NCBI GenBank assembly: GCA_963796275.1
Contig: CAWCKY010000003.1
Span: 1,344,001-1,408,000, forward strand
Reading direction: 5' to 3'
DNA length: 64,000 nucleotides
Source of the DNA: an uncultured Acidobacteriota bacterium
GTDB lineage: Bacteria; Acidobacteriota; Blastocatellia; RBC074
The notes under the pieces were generated by a model. That model did no database searches and had not been told where the DNA came from. It saw only the letters and a list, made by a program, of their open reading frames with translations. Within the stretch, counting starts at the first letter, position 1. Each line of letters opens with the position of its first letter. Of this stretch, positions 58,596 through 64,000 are shown piece by piece. The translations under genes and the position numbers were made by a program.

Positions 58596-58624
58596 TTGAC
58601 ACGCCTTCTTTCCATAGCTATGTT
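58596..58624 (+). promoter_or_regulatory. sigma70-type promoter for the downstream gene
   Basis: TTGACA-N17-TATGTT. Confidence 0.55.
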
Positions 58625-58663
58625 GCCTGCCTTGACTTCTAATAAATAATCCGAGTGTAAAAA

Positions 58664-60160
58664 ATGCTGAGCGAATACCGCCAAAGCTATGGCGAATACC
58701 ATTCCGACATCAACCGCGAAGAGTATCTCTGCCGCTCCGGCCGCAAGCAGTGGCGTGAGACGGCGCAGATAACAGCCGAGTACAGCGATCTCTTTCGCCT
58801 ATCGGCAATAAAAGAACTCGAAGAGCTGCTCAAGGGGGTAGCCGAGTACCGCGAGACAGAACGGGCGAGCATCAAACGGCTTATCTCCTTCGCGGTAACC
58901 GGCAACCTCGCAACTCGAATCAGGGAGGTCACGGAAGAGATCGAAAGAATAGAAGATGTTTCGCAGATCGAATGGGATGGCCAGCTGATCGGCTTTCCGC
59001 AGTCGGCCGAGGTTTTAGCCAATGAGCCTGACGTTGTGCGCCGGCGCGACCTGATTGCTCGCCGCAACGATGTGATTAAAAGCGCCCAAGATGTTCGGGC
59101 TGAGAGGTTCGCGATAATGCAAGCCGCAGCGGTCGATCTCTCTTTCCCAAATTACTGTGTCATGGAGGGCCAATTAAACGGGATCGACTATCAAAGACTC
59201 GGGGAAGCCTCGAAGATAGTCCTGTCTAAGACCGAAAGCGATTACGTCACGGCGCTCTCGCGGTTATTTACGCGTAGGGTTGAAATATCGATCGACGATG
59301 CATCTCAGGCTGATCTGGGCTATCTGCATCGGTTCGATGATTTCGATCATTACTTCACGCCCGCACAGATGTTCTCGTCCTATAGCGCGATTTTTGCCGA
59401 CCTCGGCTTCAAGACGGAGAAGCAAGAGAATGTCAAGATCGACTCAGAAATGCGTCAGGGTAAAAAATACTCGTCTTTCTGTTCGCCGATACGTGTTCCC
59501 GAAGAGATCAAGCTGGTGATCGGATTGGCGGGCGGGCAGTTGAATTACCGGGAATTCCTGCGCGCTGCGGGCCGGGCACAGAATTACGCCTGGACTTCCG
59601 CTCGTCTATATCCGGAATTCCGCATCGCGAAAGATCGAGCGGTGAAGGCGGGCTGGGGAATGCTGTTGGAAAACCTGTTTTATGACAGGAATTGGCTGTC
59701 GGGGACGTTCGGTTTTAAAGACAGCGAATGGTTCCGTCACGTACTCGGCGTGTTGCACTTGATGGCGGTCCGCACGGCCGCGGCGAAACTCGACTATGAA
59801 TTGGTTTTCCACTCCGGCAGCGGAAATACCGGCGCCCTCTATGCCGAATTGATGACCGACGCGGTGCGGGTGAAGTTCGATGAAACCGGGCATCTGCGCG
59901 ACGTGAGCGATCATTTTCATCCAGCCGACTACCTGAGGGCCTGCGCGCTCGAATCGCAATTGCGCGAGCATCTGAAATCGAAATTCGGTCTGCGCTGGTG
60001 GGCTTCACGCAAGGCGGGTGAGATGCTGATCGATCTGTGGAATACGGGTGATCGTTATACGGCGGAAGAGCTGGCATCCCTGATAGGATTGGGAAGATTG
60101 GATTTCGACTGGCTGGCGACAGAGTTGCTCGATCGCTTGCAAATGAGTAAGGAAGAATAA
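58664..60160 (+). CDS. M3/M32-like metallopeptidase homologue lacking the HExxH motif
   Basis: D...R.GK....FC.PIRVP.EI.L motif followed by FLRAAGRAQ in place of FLHE.GH. Confidence 0.7.
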   Translation: MLSEYRQSYGEYHSDINREEYLCRSGRKQWRETAQITAEYSDLFRLSAIKELEELLKGVAEYRETERASIKRLISFAVTGNLATRIREVTEEIERIEDVSQIEWDGQLIGFPQSAEVLANEPDVVRRRDLIARRNDVIKSAQDVRAERFAIMQAAAVDLSFPNYCVMEGQLNGIDYQRLGEASKIVLSKTESDYVTALSRLFTRRVEISIDDASQADLGYLHRFDDFDHYFTPAQMFSSYSAIFADLGFKTEKQENVKIDSEMRQGKKYSSFCSPIRVPEEIKLVIGLAGGQLNYREFLRAAGRAQNYAWTSARLYPEFRIAKDRAVKAGWGMLLENLFYDRNWLSGTFGFKDSEWFRHVLGVLHLMAVRTAAAKLDYELVFHSGSGNTGALYAELMTDAVRVKFDETGHLRDVSDHFHPADYLRACALESQLREHLKSKFGLRWWASRKAGEMLIDLWNTGDRYTAEELASLIGLGRLDFDWLATELLDRLQMSKEE

Positions 60161-60320
60161 TAAACGCGAAAAACGCAGAAAACGAATTGCCGGAAGAGGA
60201 ACTTATGGTTCGCTCGGGTTGAGGACGCCCGGGCTAGATCAAAGGCTTAGGCGGCAACGAAACCGCATTTTAGAAATCCGGTTCGAACTGAGCGAACCGG
60301 GAGTAGGAAAGGGGGTAGCG

Positions 60321-61421
60321 GTGCAATCGAAGATTGTTCACGTTGCGCTCGGTGAGCGCAGCTATGATATCGCCATCGCCGGTGGCGCATTGTTGCGGGT
60401 CGGGGAACTAACGCGCGATGCGCTAGGTGACAAGGCGCGCCGGGTCGCGGTCATCACAAATCCCGTAGTCGACTCTTATTACGGCAAAGGAGTCGTCAAG
60501 AGTTTGAAACGCGCGGGATTCGTCGTCCTCACACATCTGATCGCCGATGGCGAGCCCGCCAAGTCGATCCGCACAGCCGAACGGCTCTGGGCCTTTTTAA
60601 TCTCGCATCGGTTTGAACGAGGCGACGGGATTATCGCGCTCGGCGGCGGCGTGGTGGGGGACCTTGCCGGATTTGCCGCTGCGACGTTTCTGCGTGGAAT
60701 GGATTACGTTCAGGTTCCCACCACCCTGCTTGCTCAGATCGATAGTTCGGTCGGCGGCAAAACGGGCGTCAATCACGCGCTGGGTAAAAACCTGATCGGC
60801 GCTTTTCATCATCCGCGGGCGGTCGTGATCGATCCGCTCACTTTAAGGACGCTTCCGGAACGCGAGCTGCGCGCTGGGCTTTACGAAGCGATCAAGTATG
60901 GAATCATCAGAGACAGAGACCTGGCTGTCTTCATACGCGATAACATAGGGGCGATCGATGCTCTCGACCCCCAGACGTTGATCCGTATCATCGCTCGTTG
61001 CTGCGAGATAAAGGTCGATGTGGTGGTGGCCGACGAACGAGAATCGGGATTGCGCCGCATCCTCAACTTCGGACACACCGTGGGCCACGCGCTCGAAGCG
61101 GTGACGTCATATCGGCGATTGAAACACGGCGAGGCGGTCGGCTATGGCATGAAGTGCGCCGCGGCGATCGCAGAGAAAGCCGGAGTAGTTGCGCAACCTG
61201 ATGCCGAGGCGATCAGAAGCGGCATCGATGCGCTCGGAAGGTTGCCGCGCATCTCTGATTTGAAGGCAAAGGATGTTATAGCGGCGATGGCCCACGACAA
61301 GAAAGTAGCACAAGGGAAACTCCACTTCGTCCTGCCTACCAGGGTTGGTGAGGTTGTGGTGCGTGACGATATCGCACCAGCAGTGATCCGCGCGGCCGTA
61401 CGGGAATTGATTGCGGATTGA
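60321..61421 (+). CDS. aroB: 3-dehydroquinate synthase
   Basis: GGGVVGDLAGF, PTTLLAQIDSSVGGKT, KNLIGAF, LNFGHT, HGEAV. Confidence 0.97.
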   Translation: MQSKIVHVALGERSYDIAIAGGALLRVGELTRDALGDKARRVAVITNPVVDSYYGKGVVKSLKRAGFVVLTHLIADGEPAKSIRTAERLWAFLISHRFERGDGIIALGGGVVGDLAGFAAATFLRGMDYVQVPTTLLAQIDSSVGGKTGVNHALGKNLIGAFHHPRAVVIDPLTLRTLPERELRAGLYEAIKYGIIRDRDLAVFIRDNIGAIDALDPQTLIRIIARCCEIKVDVVVADERESGLRRILNFGHTVGHALEAVTSYRRLKHGEAVGYGMKCAAAIAEKAGVVAQPDAEAIRSGIDALGRLPRISDLKAKDVIAAMAHDKKVAQGKLHFVLPTRVGEVVVRDDIAPAVIRAAVRELIAD

Positions 61422-61637
61422 GATTGACTATATAAATTTAAAGACATTGTTTTGTCGCACACCTCAATTGGTAAACTTCTTGCCTTCATAAATCATTTTG
61501 TTTAGACTGGCTTTCTCCTGATTATCCCCCCAACAAGACCCAGTTATTTCAAGTTGTGATTCCCTTAGTCTTAGGGGATCGCACCGCACTTCCTCCATCA
61601 TTTTTTCGACTCATCACATGCCAGGGGAGGTATTGCA

Positions 61638-62012
61638 ATGGCTAATTTTAACGATTTGAAATCGAAGTATTCTGCTGTTCTGTCTAAGGGGCAGGAGATC
61701 GGTATGACTGTTCAAAATCTTCATATGGAGGGCGAGAAGATTCTCATTCGCGGCGTGGTTCCTACAGATTATGTGAAGAACCAGCTCTGGGATGAAGTCA
61801 AACGCATCGACCCGAGCGTCTCTGACGCGATCATCGATGTCAACGTACAGCCCGGTTTGATCTACAAGGTCGTTTCAGGCGATACGCTATCGAAGATCGC
61901 CAAACGCTTCTATGGTGATTCCGGCGCGTTTCAAAAGATTTTCGAGGCGAACCGCGATCAATTGAATGATCCGAATAAGATAAAAGTCGGCCAGGAGCTT
62001 AGGCTGCCGTAA
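61638..62012 (+). CDS. LysM-domain protein (Kbp/YgaU-like)
   Basis: YKVVSGDTLSKIAKRFYG...IFEAN...DPNKI.VGQELRLP. Confidence 0.9.
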   Translation: MANFNDLKSKYSAVLSKGQEIGMTVQNLHMEGEKILIRGVVPTDYVKNQLWDEVKRIDPSVSDAIIDVNVQPGLIYKVVSGDTLSKIAKRFYGDSGAFQKIFEANRDQLNDPNKIKVGQELRLP

Positions 62013-62025
62013 AGCGATTGATCAT

Positions 62026-62520
62026 ATGGATTGGCTAGCAACAAATGGTGATTCGATGAAGCAGACGAGAGAGCGAGAGGGAATTAACGATATCGATCCG
62101 GGGCAACTTTTCGAGCAATTCGCCAGAGTGCTGAAAGGCGGCATTCTCCGTTCGGTGATCGGCCCGGCTCTGTCCTCACTCGGGACTGATGGTGTGAGGG
62201 AGCAGGTGGCTAACTCGGCGAGTTCGATGAACGAACAGCAGCGTACGGGTTTGGCCAAAACGCTGCTCAACGGCTTTGGCTCGCGTGGAATCGATCTCGG
62301 CCCCATCCTGAAAAGGCTCGGGATCAACCCTTCGGTCGCGGAAAACCCGGGCGAAGCAAATGCGGAAGACCTCGCAAAACTTGCGGCACACGCACACGAA
62401 CACGATCACAGCCTATTCAATAGAGCGATGGAGTTTTACACCGAATATCCGCTTTTGATTCGAACCCTCGGTGCGATCGCCATCGCGTCGATCATCACTT
62501 ACCTGACTCAGGAAGAGTGA
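62026..62520 (+). CDS. Hypothetical helical protein
   Basis: 164-aa ORF following the LysM gene; start uncertain. Confidence 0.6.
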   Translation: MDWLATNGDSMKQTREREGINDIDPGQLFEQFARVLKGGILRSVIGPALSSLGTDGVREQVANSASSMNEQQRTGLAKTLLNGFGSRGIDLGPILKRLGINPSVAENPGEANAEDLAKLAAHAHEHDHSLFNRAMEFYTEYPLLIRTLGAIAIASIITYLTQEE

Positions 62521-62524
62521 AAGC

Positions 62525-62587
62525 CAGTTTTCAGTTTTCAGTTCGCTGTACCTCGGTCTGTGGACAGCGAACGGAAACTGAAAACTG
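62525..62587. repeat. Heptamer palindrome (CAGTTTT)n...(AAAACTG)n between convergent genes
   Basis: Inverted arms. Confidence 0.8.
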
Positions 62588-62593
62588 ATCACG

Positions 62594-63643
62594 CTACGGC
62601 ATCGAGATTATGAGGTCTCGTCCGAAACTGAACTGCACGCGTTTGCGAGTGCGCATCGCTTTCGAGGCAGTCTGGGATAATGCTGTGACGAGGATCGGCA
62701 TGGCGATAGTGGCGTCGCATCGCACTGTCACCGAGCGGGCATTTCTGGCGAGCCGGCCGAATGCCTGAGCCTGATCGAATTCAGCGCCCGAATATCCGCC
62801 GTAATCAGCGGTATCGGTGACTATCTGCACGGCGTATTTGTGGCCGCGCACCGTATTATGCAGCATCGCTGCAGCCGTTTCGCTCTGCTGAATGAAGGTC
62901 TTGGTCGTGCCGCCGCCGAAGTAAACGACACCGGTCGAGCGAGACTTGGCCACTATCTGAGCCATCTCCACGACATCCTGAATGACATCGAACTGGAATT
63001 GATTCTTCTTCTCGATACGGCTGATGCCGATGGCGACGCCGAAGGCGCTGTCGGTGATCGCCGGGCAGAATATCGGGACGCGCGATTTGAAGGCTGACGT
63101 CAGAATGCCGTCTTCTGTTGCGATTTCGCTCAGTTCCCGCCCGAGCAGATGAAGGAACTCGCGCGTGGAGTAAGGATGAGCATTGTCGAGTTGAGCTGCG
63201 AAGCCGCCGATCCACTCATTGGCTTCGCGGAACTCCTCCTCCGACGCGAATGTATCGTAGATTCGGTCGACCTTTTCTTCGAGCAATTCCAGATCGCTGA
63301 TTTTGGGGTCGCCGATGTAATGATGGCGGCCCAGGGTTTCGTGCAAATCGTGAAAAATATTGGCGCCGCTGGCGACGAGCACATCGATGCAGCGGTTTTT
63401 GATGAGATAAGCGACCAGCCGGCGCATCCCAGCGGGAACGAGCGCGCCGCTCAATCCCATCATCACTACCGCATTTTCCGAGAGCATCTGCAGCCAGAGT
63501 TGATGGGCGATCGCGAGATTACGCCCCTGGAATGAGATGTGCTCCATTTTATCCAGCAGGCCAGGCACGCTGCGATCCCGGTCGATCTGCAGCGGTTGTG
63601 TCGGTTTTGTTAGGTACTTAGCCCCTTTGATTCTTCGCATCAT
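62594..63643 (-). CDS. Deoxyhypusine-synthase-like protein (catalytic Lys replaced)
   Basis: SFQGRNL, GLSGALVPAGMR, RIYD, PIFCPAI.DS, GGG..K, GG.SG, DATIA. Confidence 0.9.
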   Translation of the reverse strand: MMRRIKGAKYLTKPTQPLQIDRDRSVPGLLDKMEHISFQGRNLAIAHQLWLQMLSENAVVMMGLSGALVPAGMRRLVAYLIKNRCIDVLVASGANIFHDLHETLGRHHYIGDPKISDLELLEEKVDRIYDTFASEEEFREANEWIGGFAAQLDNAHPYSTREFLHLLGRELSEIATEDGILTSAFKSRVPIFCPAITDSAFGVAIGISRIEKKNQFQFDVIQDVVEMAQIVAKSRSTGVVYFGGGTTKTFIQQSETAAAMLHNTVRGHKYAVQIVTDTADYGGYSGAEFDQAQAFGRLARNARSVTVRCDATIAMPILVTALSQTASKAMRTRKRVQFSFGRDLIISMP

Positions 63644-63706
63644 TGGTTTCAGTCTCGCCGACCGCAAGAATCTCGATCTCAATTGAACACTTCAAATCTG
63701 AGATCT

Positions 63707-64000
63707 TTATCTCCGCCCATTCGAATCGAGATAGGTATAACCCGTATAATGACTCTCATATTCTTCCATCAGGCGGTTCGACGCTTCTTCGGTCAGATGT
63801 CCTTTCTTGGTCTGTCTCTTGAGTAGAGTGCGGAAGCTGTCCTGTAAAAAATCTTTGTCGTATTTGGCGTAGGAGAGCATATCTCCAACCTGCGAACCGG
63901 GGATGATGCGGCTGATGTGATATTCACCCTCGCCATCGATAATGATGTGAGCCTCGTTGGTCGTCCCAAAAAGGTTGTGAAAATTGCCCATTACCTCCTG
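63707..64000 (-). CDS. speA: Biosynthetic arginine decarboxylase, C-terminal fragment
   Basis: QEVMGNFHNLFG and terminal GYTYL. Confidence 0.85.
   Translation of the reverse strand, partial: QEVMGNFHNLFGTTNEAHIIIDGEGEYHISRIIPGSQVGDMLSYAKYDKDFLQDSFRTLLKRQTKKGHLTEEASNRLMEEYESHYTGYTYLDSNGRR

Overview
64 kb of chromosomal, mostly housekeeping DNA. Gene style suggests an Acidobacteriota (probably Blastocatellia-like) genome; this is inferred from the Oar-type TonB receptor, a secreted VWA protein and the REP/heptamer palindromes. About 55 CDS are present, including guaB, typA, lepB, carA, glgC, psuG, hflX, tatA/B-tatC, aroB and speA. There is also a PilGHI/Xap-like ABC module, a stand-alone cox3/DUF420 cluster, and a PQQ dehydrogenase-cytochrome c-ECF sigma/anti-sigma block. 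No rRNA, tRNA, CRISPR array, integrase or transposase was recognised. Best leads: (1) a tandem pair of ~190-nt structured elements with a compensatory base-pair change at 11.9-12.3 kb, probably minus-strand ncRNAs; (2) a sigma54-promoter/three-hairpin/terminator unit (candidate sRNA) at 58.4-58.6 kb; (3) a ZAS anti-sigma factor with a periplasmic CxxCH heme-c motif next to a quinoprotein/cytochrome c pair; (4) two apparent pseudoenzymes, a deoxyhypusine-synthase-like protein lacking the catalytic Lys beside speA and an M3-like peptidase lacking HExxH; (5) an ATT start codon for hflX. Four single-base frameshifts in otherwise intact genes suggest sequencing errors. All family assignments are from motif recognition by eye, not database searches.
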